IMG/VR virus record: IMGVR_UViG_3300013307_000002
Span: 1 to 64,000 of that record
Source: a virus
Strand: one strand, 5' to 3'
Length of the DNA stretch: 64,000 bases
Both the position numbers and the translations under genes were made by a program. Below are positions 1-9,422 of this stretch, in pieces. Under the pieces are notes generated by a model. It was not told the DNA's origin, made no database searches, and worked only from the letters and a program-made list of their open reading frames with translations. Each line of letters opens with the position of its first letter. The stretch's first letter is position 1.

Positions 1-44
1 CGTCTATATATTATTCATCCTTCCGACTGTAATATAGTTCCAAA

Positions 45-1127
45 TCAGAAGTAATCAGCAGCATCCAAGCAAGGTAGGTTGAACCCCATTTGTGCTCTAA
101 CTGGAGAAGTATAAAAGTACACAGAACCCCCAGCAGGTTTACAGCGATAAGTAGAAACGCTATTACCACTCATAAGTAACCCGGAGTAGTGAGCAATCTT
201 CTGAGGATACTCACCACCAGTTTCATAGTCACCACATTGAAATCCATAAGAACCTAAAGGAACCATCGGTTGAGATACATTACCAGTAGAACCTATCCAC
301 TGAACCTTACCTGCACCGCCTGTGGAGTTTTCTAAATAGAATGGAAAAGGGAAGTATCCACCACGCCAAATCACAGGAGGGTATTTACTAGAATAAGTAT
401 TTACACCGCTAGCATTCTTAATAACAATACCATAACCGCTTGATGGGTTAGGGGGAACAAAACCAGTAGAAACAATTACAATCTGAATATTAGAAATTGA
501 ACCACCAACACCTGCTCCACTATTACCACCGAATCCTGTATATGTTCTTAGTTGGTTCGTATCCCTATCATGCCAGAGGGGCGTTCCTGTTGAGTTGAAT
601 CTAGCAAACACAACACAAGTTTCTCTATTAGGGACTGAAGTAGGGATAGTCCATGTTCCGTTAACATTAATAGTTCCTCTGTAAGTTACATACCCAAATC
701 TACTAACATCTGTAATAGCTAAGAAGTTTACTGAGTTATACATTGCAATACCGTAAGCTGGAAGACCTGAGTTAGCCGCAGGAATCTCAAAGACATTCAT
801 ATCAGCAATATAGTTAGCACTAGAGCCATAACCATTTTCTTGATAGAAGTTAACCCTCATTGTGCTACCACTTACAGTAGCCCCCCTTAATATGTCTATA
901 GATGGGGGATTGCTTAACTCATAAAATTCACAAGACTTAGTTGGAATAACAACAGCAGTTCCTCCTGTAGTCATAGACGTAATACCTACGTTAACGAAAG
1001 TGCTGTTACCGGGGGAACTAGCCCCCTTAACTTTATATCTACCCAAAGAAGAAAGAACCCTAGAAGAATCGCTGATATCAATTATCGGCCCACCATCATC
1101 AGGTCTAATCATAAAACCATGACTCAT
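45..1127 (-). CDS. tail-tip/receptor-associated virion protein
   Basis: 360-aa beta-rich ORF overlapping the upstream tail protein stop; repeated 'YGI-x-[M/I]-x-N' motifs typical of tail-tip accessory proteins. Confidence 0.5.
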   Translation of the reverse strand: MSHGFMIRPDDGGPIIDISDSSRVLSSLGRYKVKGASSPGNSTFVNVGITSMTTGGTAVVIPTKSCEFYELSNPPSIDILRGATVSGSTMRVNFYQENGYGSSANYIADMNVFEIPAANSGLPAYGIAMYNSVNFLAITDVSRFGYVTYRGTINVNGTWTIPTSVPNRETCVVFARFNSTGTPLWHDRDTNQLRTYTGFGGNSGAGVGGSISNIQIVIVSTGFVPPNPSSGYGIVIKNASGVNTYSSKYPPVIWRGGYFPFPFYLENSTGGAGKVQWIGSTGNVSQPMVPLGSYGFQCGDYETGGEYPQKIAHYSGLLMSGNSVSTYRCKPAGGSVYFYTSPVRAQMGFNLPCLDAADYF

Positions 1128-2173
1128 GAAATCCTCCCGACTTTAACTCTCAAAGTCCCTGCTGCATCATAAACAGAAAGACCGTCACCATTCAAGAATA
1201 CTCTACCTGAACCATCCTGATTACCTAAGAAGAAGCTACCACCATTACTATCTATCCTCCATCCAACTACACCGTTATAGTTGTTAGATTGAATTACACC
1301 AGTAATCTTAGCATTCGTAATAGAAGCATCTGCAATCTTAGCCGTAGTAATAGCGGCGTTAGCAATCTTAGCATTTGTAATAGAACCGTCTATAATACTG
1401 GCAGCTTTAATCTGAGTGACGCCACCAGAGATTTGGAAAGGCGTACCAGCAGTTGCACTACCATTAGTGAACACTAAACTGTTCGCATTGATTGTGAAGT
1501 TAGTAGTGGAGCCATTGTTATAAAAACCCACCCCACCCTGTAGTCCATCCACCGAAGTTTTCACTTCCCATTGAGCAGTGTACTTACCATCAACATCTCT
1601 TGCTACAGTTAATGCTTCTGATGCAGTTGATTGAGCATTACTTACTTGGCCTTGAATAGTTTGTATAGTTCCGTTGATATCAGTGATTTCACCAATGATC
1701 TGACTAACGTTACCATTGATTGTATCAACCTGAGTAATCACCCCATCTATTCTGGTATTAGCACTTATTACCTCACCCTGAATAGTTGTAATCTTGCCGT
1801 TGGTAGCATTGATAGTTGTTTGAATACCTTCTAAGATACCATCCAGTTTCTCACCATCAGGGCCAATGATATCATTAACAGTGATACCTTTACCCAACTC
1901 AACTTTAACATTACCTAACTCTAGCCAAACTTTATCCATCGCAGAGTTGACTTGTAAGTTAAGCGCTTGCAGTGCTTTTGTTCTTGCATCTATTTCTTTA
2001 TTCACATCATCTAAAGCTTGGAACATTTGATTAGTTGATGTACTGATTTTTGTTAGTTCATCATAGACAGCAACGTTATACTGTTCACTATCTGTTTCAT
2101 TAAGGAACCCGACATTGTAAGGTTGTGTACTGTTACTTCTTAATGTCTGCTTCCTATTACCATTGGCTCCCAT
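1124..2173 (-). CDS. tail fibre / tail-tip protein (coiled coil plus DUF1983-like C-terminus)
   Basis: GGAGG RBS before ATG at 2173; heptad region, then 'PFQISGGVTQIKAASIIDGSITNAKI' repeats and a 'YDAAGTLRVKVG' end typical of J-like tail tips. Confidence 0.65.
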   Translation of the reverse strand: MGANGNRKQTLRSNSTQPYNVGFLNETDSEQYNVAVYDELTKISTSTNQMFQALDDVNKEIDARTKALQALNLQVNSAMDKVWLELGNVKVELGKGITVNDIIGPDGEKLDGILEGIQTTINATNGKITTIQGEVISANTRIDGVITQVDTINGNVSQIIGEITDINGTIQTIQGQVSNAQSTASEALTVARDVDGKYTAQWEVKTSVDGLQGGVGFYNNGSTTNFTINANSLVFTNGSATAGTPFQISGGVTQIKAASIIDGSITNAKIANAAITTAKIADASITNAKITGVIQSNNYNGVVGWRIDSNGGSFFLGNQDGSGRVFLNGDGLSVYDAAGTLRVKVGRIS

Positions 2174-2217
2174 CGTAACCTCCATAAAAGAAAAGGGAGG
2201 ACAAGCCTCCCCAAATC

Positions 2218-5097
2218 TTATCTCCTACCACCAACTACATATTCAATAATAAGACTATTGATAGCAATAGTTGAATCAGGATCTTCATCATACATTTCAT
2301 AATACAAATAGGGATGATTAAGTCTGACATTAACTTGCCTAGTCTTACCGGCTATATAGTTTCTTACTGAGTGGTTATGTCCTTTCTCGTTTGAATACTG
2401 AGTACCTCCAGCAGCAAACTGTATTGTACCTCTGCCTGTTACTTGAGGGTTAAAGACATTGACGTGTTTCTGATTCCATTCATCTGTCATGTTATCAAAG
2501 TCAATACCAAATCTTTCAGTCCACATCTTCAGAGGAACCTCAGTAACTACATCAGGATTGTCAGGACTCCATAAATGATTATAAGCTCCGATATCCACTT
2601 GGTAGAAACCTTTAGCAGCAGAAGCAACTACTGTGATGCGTTTATGGAAGTTACTCACATCCTTTTGCCACGGAGTTTGCTTAGCTTCTATACTGTCCCA
2701 ACTAACGTTCTGGAAGTCTTCCCAAGTAGCAGACTTAGTTAATACAGGAGGATCAATAAGAGCAATATCATAGCTATATGGAATATCACAAAATGACCAA
2801 GTATCAAATTCATAATTCCAGATTGCAGCTTTATTACAAGCCCAACTATCTTTATCTGAACCCGGAGCTACATAAAGAACCCACACTTCTTTTTTATCAG
2901 AGTGTAGATGAACCTTAGTTGCTGAAGGATTTATCTGACTTATCTCATTAATGATTTTATTCTTCACTCTATTAGAAGCAATAGATTTTTTAGAAGCACC
3001 ATTGTGCATAATGATATCATTCTGAGTTACAACGAAATGACTTCCCTCAACCTCAGTAACACACTCAGGAGCAAGGATACCTGAATCGTTAAATAGTTTC
3101 TTAAACTGGAAAGGTTGGTAAGCGTTCATAGTCGGTGTACCTACGTATGTCTCAAACTCTGTATAAACAAACAGATAGTCTTTTAAGGGCAGCATGTCGA
3201 TAAGCTCACCGTTGGAGTCAGCTAAGTCGATATAGCCCGCATAACCGTTCTGAAGAGCTTCTATAGTACCTTCTGTATTAGTGTTGCTATCAGGATCTCT
3301 TAGATCTGCAAAATCATCCCACAGGAATGGAGCAGCATTCTCTTCAGCAAAGTTAGACCATCTAAGTCTCAATGGGTAATGAATAGAAGCACCAGACGAA
3401 TTGGTCTCTGTCATATTCATAGCAAACAATCTATTGTTAAAAGCCCTCACTCTCTCAGAGAACCAAGTATACTTTTTAACAGAGATGTTACCACCATCAT
3501 CAACTTCTGTTTGATCACCCCAACCCGGAAGATCAGTGAAGTATTCATTACTGAACTCTTTTACTTGAGGTACATGTCTCTTACAAGTAGCAACAGCACA
3601 GTTAGAGATTACAGTATGATACCAAGTAGTATCTGGAGTAGCAGAATAGTCTTCCTGTCTCGTATCATAAACAGCTACAGTAACAGTTACATTACCTTTC
3701 TTAGTTGCAGTAATTTCCAGAGTGTCTTTAGTGTTTTCCACATAAGAAATAATACCATCCCTATTCACTGTCCACTTATACTGAAGATTAGGAATCCCTG
3801 AAGGAGACACAACAGCAGTAAGGGTTTCAGTATCACCTACATCTAAGTTGAGATTCTGTTTATCGATAGTGACACTTGACACTGTAGCCACTGCTCTTGC
3901 AAACAAAGCAAACCTTGACAGTGTTCTGATTCCAGCCTCTCTAACAGTAAGACTACAAACAGCGGTACTCCCACCTTCTACAGCAGTTGCCATAACCTGA
4001 GCTACACCAACCTTCAAGTATTTCAGAGTTACTGTATCTCCTGTACCTACCACCTGAACAACATCAGACCCTAATGGTACGCTCCAGATAACACCCTTCT
4101 TAGCAGTATCTCCCGGATAGTAACCAACAGTAAGTGAGTCACTAGTAGTGTTTACATTAGTAGTAATCTGAGATTTATCAAGAAAGATATAGTCAATAGC
4201 AGAGATAACCTGAACAGGACACTCAGCTCTGAGACTAGGGGTATTGGTAAGGAAACAACTAATAGTAGCTGTACCTCTTCTCTTAGCAGAGATTGTAACC
4301 TTGAGAGGGTTATTAGGGTCTACAGTAAAAGTAGCCACTGACAAATCACTAGACACCCAAGTAACATTTTTATCTACAGGATTAGCTGGATTAAATGCCA
4401 CAGTCAAGGTGTTACTTCCACCATTCCTGATTTGCAATTGAGATTTGTCTAAATAGATACTATCAACATTAGGTGTGATATTAACTACAACAGTATCCCA
4501 AAACTTATCATCTTCTCCAGTAGCAACTCTCACGGTAACATTACCAGTGTAGGTTCCGTTAGCCTTAACCGTAGCTCTTAGAGGGTCGTCAGGGTTAGGA
4601 GTAATGGTTGCATAGCTAGTGTTACTAATAGTCCAGTTAGTCTTTAAGTTACGTACACCTTCTGGAGAAACCTCAGCAACTATCTCGTAAGACTCTCCTA
4701 ATTTAAGTTGAACAAAGCTGTCAACAATAGAGATACCTTCTACGACAGGTGCTACAGTAACAGAAGTAGTGGCAGTAGTTGTCTTGTATGGAGAGAACTT
4801 ATTGAGTCTTGTAAGTGAGTTATTATCTAATTTGTATAGACTATCGGCAGTTCCTACAATATTAAAACTGTTACCACCGCTATAAAAATCAAAAGGCATT
4901 GGAAGAATTGATAAAGGTACAAGACTCTTATCATCTTCAACAAAAGAGCTAGGGGCATTGCCGCCAATCTTTAACACTCTACCATCTACAAACCTAGCGT
5001 TAAGGGCATCGGTAAAACCGTTAGGTGGTAAGTCTGTTGCAGATAAATCAGCAATAACCCCTACAGCACCTAGATTTTTAATCTGATATTGGGCCAT
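2218..5097 (-). CDS. tail nozzle/tubular B-like protein with inserted Ig-like (Big_2) domains
   Basis: 959 aa; about four Ig-like repeats (e.g. 'VTWVSSDLSVAT...GTATISC') between N- and C-terminal beta-propeller-like podovirus tail segments. Confidence 0.65.
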   Translation of the reverse strand: MAQYQIKNLGAVGVIADLSATDLPPNGFTDALNARFVDGRVLKIGGNAPSSFVEDDKSLVPLSILPMPFDFYSGGNSFNIVGTADSLYKLDNNSLTRLNKFSPYKTTTATTSVTVAPVVEGISIVDSFVQLKLGESYEIVAEVSPEGVRNLKTNWTISNTSYATITPNPDDPLRATVKANGTYTGNVTVRVATGEDDKFWDTVVVNITPNVDSIYLDKSQLQIRNGGSNTLTVAFNPANPVDKNVTWVSSDLSVATFTVDPNNPLKVTISAKRRGTATISCFLTNTPSLRAECPVQVISAIDYIFLDKSQITTNVNTTSDSLTVGYYPGDTAKKGVIWSVPLGSDVVQVVGTGDTVTLKYLKVGVAQVMATAVEGGSTAVCSLTVREAGIRTLSRFALFARAVATVSSVTIDKQNLNLDVGDTETLTAVVSPSGIPNLQYKWTVNRDGIISYVENTKDTLEITATKKGNVTVTVAVYDTRQEDYSATPDTTWYHTVISNCAVATCKRHVPQVKEFSNEYFTDLPGWGDQTEVDDGGNISVKKYTWFSERVRAFNNRLFAMNMTETNSSGASIHYPLRLRWSNFAEENAAPFLWDDFADLRDPDSNTNTEGTIEALQNGYAGYIDLADSNGELIDMLPLKDYLFVYTEFETYVGTPTMNAYQPFQFKKLFNDSGILAPECVTEVEGSHFVVTQNDIIMHNGASKKSIASNRVKNKIINEISQINPSATKVHLHSDKKEVWVLYVAPGSDKDSWACNKAAIWNYEFDTWSFCDIPYSYDIALIDPPVLTKSATWEDFQNVSWDSIEAKQTPWQKDVSNFHKRITVVASAAKGFYQVDIGAYNHLWSPDNPDVVTEVPLKMWTERFGIDFDNMTDEWNQKHVNVFNPQVTGRGTIQFAAGGTQYSNEKGHNHSVRNYIAGKTRQVNVRLNHPYLYYEMYDEDPDSTIAINSLIIEYVVGGRR

Positions 5098-5115
5098 AGA
5101 GGTTATCTCCTTTTA

Positions 5116-5949
5116 TTATGAAGTTCGTTTCCAGATATTAGTAACTACGTATGGAGGCATAACATCCAACGGAGCTTGATTCTCAAGAGCTGTACCTAGC
5201 CTTAGAATACCACTAAGTTTATGGTCATGATCACCAGCAGACTCTGTTTGGTAAGTAGCTGGAGTTGCTGTAGAACCAAACACACCACCAGTAGTATCGT
5301 CGATAGAGATTTTATAGTTTCTCATACTCAGGTTATGTCTATGACCGCCACTTCTACTTACAGTGATTCCATTGCTAGCAAAGTTAGAAGTCATAAGAGG
5401 TACGTTAGCTACTAAAATCTGCTTAGAGAAACTACCACCCTTTTCACCAAGTGCGAAAGTTCTAGCAGATTGATTAGGAATAGATCCTGTAGGTTGTACA
5501 GTACCTGAACCCATCAACATACCAGTAACTTTTGTCCAAGTACCGAAACCAAACACATCAGCAGGGTTAGCAGTACTATCAGTACACCAATAACTGCCAA
5601 CCTGAAAGATGTTCTTAATAGCAGAAGTGATTAAGTCTTTAACCTGTTTCAGAATAGTTAAGTCATTATCAGAAGTGCCCGCTGCGGCATTCTTAACTTT
5701 AACATCATCTAAATCTAAAACCTTAGTTTCGCTCCCAGTAGTATTCTCTGTAGTGAAGGACATGTAATCAGGGATCTTATTAAGAACGCCAAACTCAGTA
5801 GTTAATGGGGTTGTAGCAGTTGGGAAGGTATTCTTTAAAACTTGCTTAGTAAGCTTTACATGATCATCACCTTCCGAGATGTAATCTGTAGGATAGGGAT
5901 ACTGAGGATTAAGATCCTGTACCACTACCGCATTAGTCTCAATAGCCAA
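5116..5949 (-). CDS. short tail fibre/baseplate-like protein (gp10 C-terminal-like)
   Basis: 'NPADVFGFGTWTK', 'GDHDH' and 'MPPYVVTNIWKRT' motifs; TTG start after GGAGG. Confidence 0.6.
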   Translation of the reverse strand: MAIETNAVVVQDLNPQYPYPTDYISEGDDHVKLTKQVLKNTFPTATTPLTTEFGVLNKIPDYMSFTTENTTGSETKVLDLDDVKVKNAAAGTSDNDLTILKQVKDLITSAIKNIFQVGSYWCTDSTANPADVFGFGTWTKVTGMLMGSGTVQPTGSIPNQSARTFALGEKGGSFSKQILVANVPLMTSNFASNGITVSRSGGHRHNLSMRNYKISIDDTTGGVFGSTATPATYQTESAGDHDHKLSGILRLGTALENQAPLDVMPPYVVTNIWKRTS

Positions 5950-5960
5950 TTTTGGCCTCC

Positions 5961-6452
5961 TTAATATTTACCATAGTCGAACAGAGCTTTATCATATGTT
6001 CTTCTGTTAACCAATCCGGGAGATGTTACTTTTTTCCCTTTAATCGTAACTTTAGTCCATTTCATAAACTGTCCCGACGCTGCCGAATAATCTCCTTTAT
6101 TTAACATCCTCACCATCGTAGAACCGCAGAACGAATAGTTTCCAATGTTGAATGCAAAAGATGTTAACGCATCGAATTGATATTGATACAGAGGGACGTA
6201 AACACATTTCTGTACGGCTTTGCTGTGGTTTGATATATCCCTTGTCAACAGGGCTAAGCACTCTTGAGGGTTATATTTCAGTCCACGCTTAACTGGCTTC
6301 TCATTTAAGTCTAAGATAGAACCAGAGCAAATAGTCCAAACACCACCTACATCTTGATATGCTACTGGAGCATTACCTTCCCTCTTCATAAGATAAACGA
6401 TCCCTTCATCGCTCATTTCTAATTGAGAGGGAGGCAGAGCATCAGCTATCAT
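5961..6452 (-). CDS. endolysin, GH24 phage lysozyme
   Basis: 'REG...AYQDVGGVWTI' catalytic E-x8-D-x5-T, 'QFDALTSFAFNIG', 'GLVNRR'; strong RBS AGGAGG before ATG at 6452. Confidence 0.9.
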   Translation of the reverse strand: MIADALPPSQLEMSDEGIVYLMKREGNAPVAYQDVGGVWTICSGSILDLNEKPVKRGLKYNPQECLALLTRDISNHSKAVQKCVYVPLYQYQFDALTSFAFNIGNYSFCGSTMVRMLNKGDYSAASGQFMKWTKVTIKGKKVTSPGLVNRRTYDKALFDYGKY

Positions 6453-6472
6453 GTCTAACCTCCTTTCCTTTA

Positions 6473-6691
6473 TTAATCCTTTTCTGTTACCTCTGTGTAG
6501 GTTGAGCATTGTAATGTACTCGTCATGCCCTTTTTATAACTTACACAACCAAAGGTGGTGCTGTTAGTTTCAACAGTATACTTACCACTTCTCTCCAGAG
6601 TCACTTTGATTGTAGTGTGCATACAACCGGCTAGGCCGAAGGAAAGTGTTATTAAAAGCGTCCACCAAAACAACTGGTGAAGCTTCTTCAT
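6473..6691 (-). CDS. small lipoprotein (lysis-cassette associated)
   Basis: signal peptide with lipobox 'LAGC'; directly upstream of the endolysin. Confidence 0.55.
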   Translation of the reverse strand: MKKLHQLFWWTLLITLSFGLAGCMHTTIKVTLERSGKYTVETNSTTFGCVSYKKGMTSTLQCSTYTEVTEKD

Positions 6692-6906
6692 TATTCCTCA
6701 ACGCTAGTCGTTTGAATAATTTTAGCTAGTTTAACTGCATCCTCACCTGAGCAAGAGATCACTAAACTCTTACCAACTTTGGCGGCTGCACACCCTTTAC
6801 CAAAGCTAGAGGCAGAAGCTTGTCCTGCCTGATTTGTATATGACTTGGATGAACTACATCCCACCATTAATGTACTTGCTACGATTAGAACTAAAATGCT
6901 TTTCAT
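6691..6906 (-). CDS. small lipoprotein
   Basis: signal peptide with lipobox 'MVGC'. Confidence 0.55.
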   Translation of the reverse strand: MKSILVLIVASTLMVGCSSSKSYTNQAGQASASSFGKGCAAAKVGKSLVISCSGEDAVKLAKIIQTTSVEE

Positions 6907-6926
6907 ATTAAGTCTCCTTTATCAAG

Positions 6927-8576
6927 TTATTTCCAACGACCAATAGCTATATATTCAAGAATACAAGTAGCTCCATTAACAGGGCCGATAGCATTCATTG
7001 TCACAGAACCAAGACCTACAGTATTAACTCCTGACCAAGCCAAAGAAGAGGAACCACCGTATCTACTTGCTGGACTTACTCTAGGTAAACTACCAACAAA
7101 AGGTGCTGGGTAAGTTAGGGTTTGTCCTGAACTTACATAGATAGAACCTGCTGATGTAGTTGTTGCAGTGGATACCCCATTAGACGACCAACAGACCATT
7201 GTACCATCTGAGTATTTTACATAATTACCATTACTGTTTGAACCGCTATCAACAATAGCAACCATCTCTCCTTGATCTTGAGGAAAAGTCCACTCTTTGT
7301 TTATAGGCGTTGAAGTTCTACTATCCACTAGACTAACAGATGCGGTAGTATTACCACCAATAACAGTCTTACTTCTGAATGTTACCTTAGAGTAGTTAGC
7401 ACCTGCTACTTGATAAGTGGAGTTAACTGAACCACCATAAGTGATTACACCAGAAGAGGGGGCTGTCTTATCGCCAGTAATAACATCAAAGCTAGTATTA
7501 GCAGCAACAAAACTTCCACTTACCCTAATCAGCCAAATACCCCAAGCAGAACGAGGACGAATTTCACCAGTATTGTCTCTACCATATACTACACTTGATT
7601 TACTAGCATCAAAAGACATGACATCTACATTGTTACCACTATTTGTTGACTGAGTTACCCTGTTCCAGTTTGACGAAGATGCCTGTACTGTTTTACTGAA
7701 TACACCTCCCGTAGCAATAATAGTGTCTGTTTCAGTAGATCCGGTAAACACTCTTCTTATATTAAAACCACCAATAATATTAGGAGCAGCGGAATCAGAA
7801 GTTGTACCACCAGGAATATCATTAACATTAGAACTCGTACCTCTAAGATATAAACTGCTAGTAGAACCAGATTGACTACCATTAAGGTCAGGCATTCTAA
7901 ATGTAGTAGAACCATCACCAGTAGAATACATGCCCCTGTTAGATGCAAAGTTTCCATTAGATGCCCCACTGTCTTGCCAGAGAGCTTCAGTTACACTGTT
8001 AAGAACACCAGCGGCAACAGCAGCCCACACGTCAGGATAGTCAGCTCTTTTCAGGAGTTGTCCATCAGCAGGTAAATGACCAGCAGGAATTAATCCAACA
8101 CCACGAGTACCATTGAACCACTCAACAGCACCGATGAAATTATTCATTACACCATTAAGTGAAGCCCCACCTGAACCACCTGAAGATGCTTGAAGCTGAC
8201 GAAGAGTAATAGCATCGTAAGCGTTAACAGCATCGCCACCCAATCTTAATGGGCCAGATAGCGCAGTAAGGGAAGTGATATCAGAGTTAACACCTTTAGC
8301 AGCTTTATTGCTTAGAGAGGTATTGATAGTTCCGATACTAGAGTTGATAGTAGATATGGTTGTCTTAATATCTTTAATATCGTTTTCAGTAGTTGTAACT
8401 CTTGCTTCAAGAGACCCTACTCTCTGATTGTAATCTTTGATTTGTACATATTTATCTGTCAAGTCAACACTACCAGCCTCACCATCAACAGTGAATACAC
8501 CAGCTACGGCAGCATCTCTATTGACTACAATATAAGGCATTAGTGCGGAAGACTTGGGCATAAAATCTCTAGCCAT
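6927..8576 (-). CDS. tail fibre protein
   Basis: collar-like 'GHLPADGQLLKRADYPD...STGDGSTTFRMPDL'; gp53-like C-terminus 'NGNYVKYSDGTMVCW...YIAIGRWK'. Confidence 0.85.
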   Translation of the reverse strand: MARDFMPKSSALMPYIVVNRDAAVAGVFTVDGEAGSVDLTDKYVQIKDYNQRVGSLEARVTTTENDIKDIKTTISTINSSIGTINTSLSNKAAKGVNSDITSLTALSGPLRLGGDAVNAYDAITLRQLQASSGGSGGASLNGVMNNFIGAVEWFNGTRGVGLIPAGHLPADGQLLKRADYPDVWAAVAAGVLNSVTEALWQDSGASNGNFASNRGMYSTGDGSTTFRMPDLNGSQSGSTSSLYLRGTSSNVNDIPGGTTSDSAAPNIIGGFNIRRVFTGSTETDTIIATGGVFSKTVQASSSNWNRVTQSTNSGNNVDVMSFDASKSSVVYGRDNTGEIRPRSAWGIWLIRVSGSFVAANTSFDVITGDKTAPSSGVITYGGSVNSTYQVAGANYSKVTFRSKTVIGGNTTASVSLVDSRTSTPINKEWTFPQDQGEMVAIVDSGSNSNGNYVKYSDGTMVCWSSNGVSTATTTSAGSIYVSSGQTLTYPAPFVGSLPRVSPASRYGGSSSLAWSGVNTVGLGSVTMNAIGPVNGATCILEYIAIGRWK

Positions 8577-8624
8577 TTTAATCTCCTATAATATAGACCC
8601 CCAATAAAGGGGGCCATCTTTTTA

Positions 8625-9422
8625 TTAAGGTGCTCTTAATTCTATGCAGAAATAAGCATTAGTGATAGTAGTAGGGTCAATCAAAGTCCCTGTACTAGAA
8701 GAATAGAAAGTTACATCAGCTTTCAATCTCTTATCACTGTTGCCATTATTAATACCGATAGAGCCGCAGCAATAAACCATAGAACCACCTTCTTGAGTAG
8801 GGGTAAGAAACACTAGAGGTCTTTTAATCTGAATACTATTCAAATAATCAACATAAGTATGATCAAAGATGATTCTTAAAGAAGTGCTACTAATAGCTAA
8901 CTCAGCAATACCATAGTTACTAAAACCCTGATTCACTATAGCTCCATTAGGTTGAGATTTACTTACGTTAATCAGACCCCAAGCTAAGCTTCTGAGAGGT
9001 GCAGTTGCTACACTACCACCAATCAAAGATACACAAGGATTAAAGAAAGATGATACAGTTGAGCTAGTAGCTGAAGAACTGTTACCTACTACAAACATTA
9101 CAGCAACGCCATCTGCGGTGCCTACAGGGCATGTATACTCAAGTTCATAGATATCAAAATCAGGACTAATAGGAAGAGAAATGCTATCATAAGAAGTGCC
9201 CTTAGTTTCAATATCCAGAGATACGAAACCCCCAGCAGCACCTACACATTTAGCATTAACTCTAACCTTGATTGTATCGCCCGGTCTGATTAGGTAGGAC
9301 ATATATCTTTGAGTACCTGCCCCGGTAATCTGGAGCAGTCCTGAGTTTACTGTAGAACTACCTGAGCCAGTAACACTGACCCAAGAGTTTGTTGAGAAAT
9401 TCTTTTCACAAAAAAGGTTCAT
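8625..9422 (-). CDS. tail-associated protein, possible carbohydrate-binding jelly-roll
   Basis: beta-rich 265 aa, translationally coupled between two tail fibre genes. Confidence 0.4.
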   Translation of the reverse strand: MNLFCEKNFSTNSWVSVTGSGSSTVNSGLLQITGAGTQRYMSYLIRPGDTIKVRVNAKCVGAAGGFVSLDIETKGTSYDSISLPISPDFDIYELEYTCPVGTADGVAVMFVVGNSSSATSSTVSSFFNPCVSLIGGSVATAPLRSLAWGLINVSKSQPNGAIVNQGFSNYGIAELAISSTSLRIIFDHTYVDYLNSIQIKRPLVFLTPTQEGGSMVYCCGSIGINNGNSDKRLKADVTFYSSSTGTLIDPTTITNAYFCIELRAP

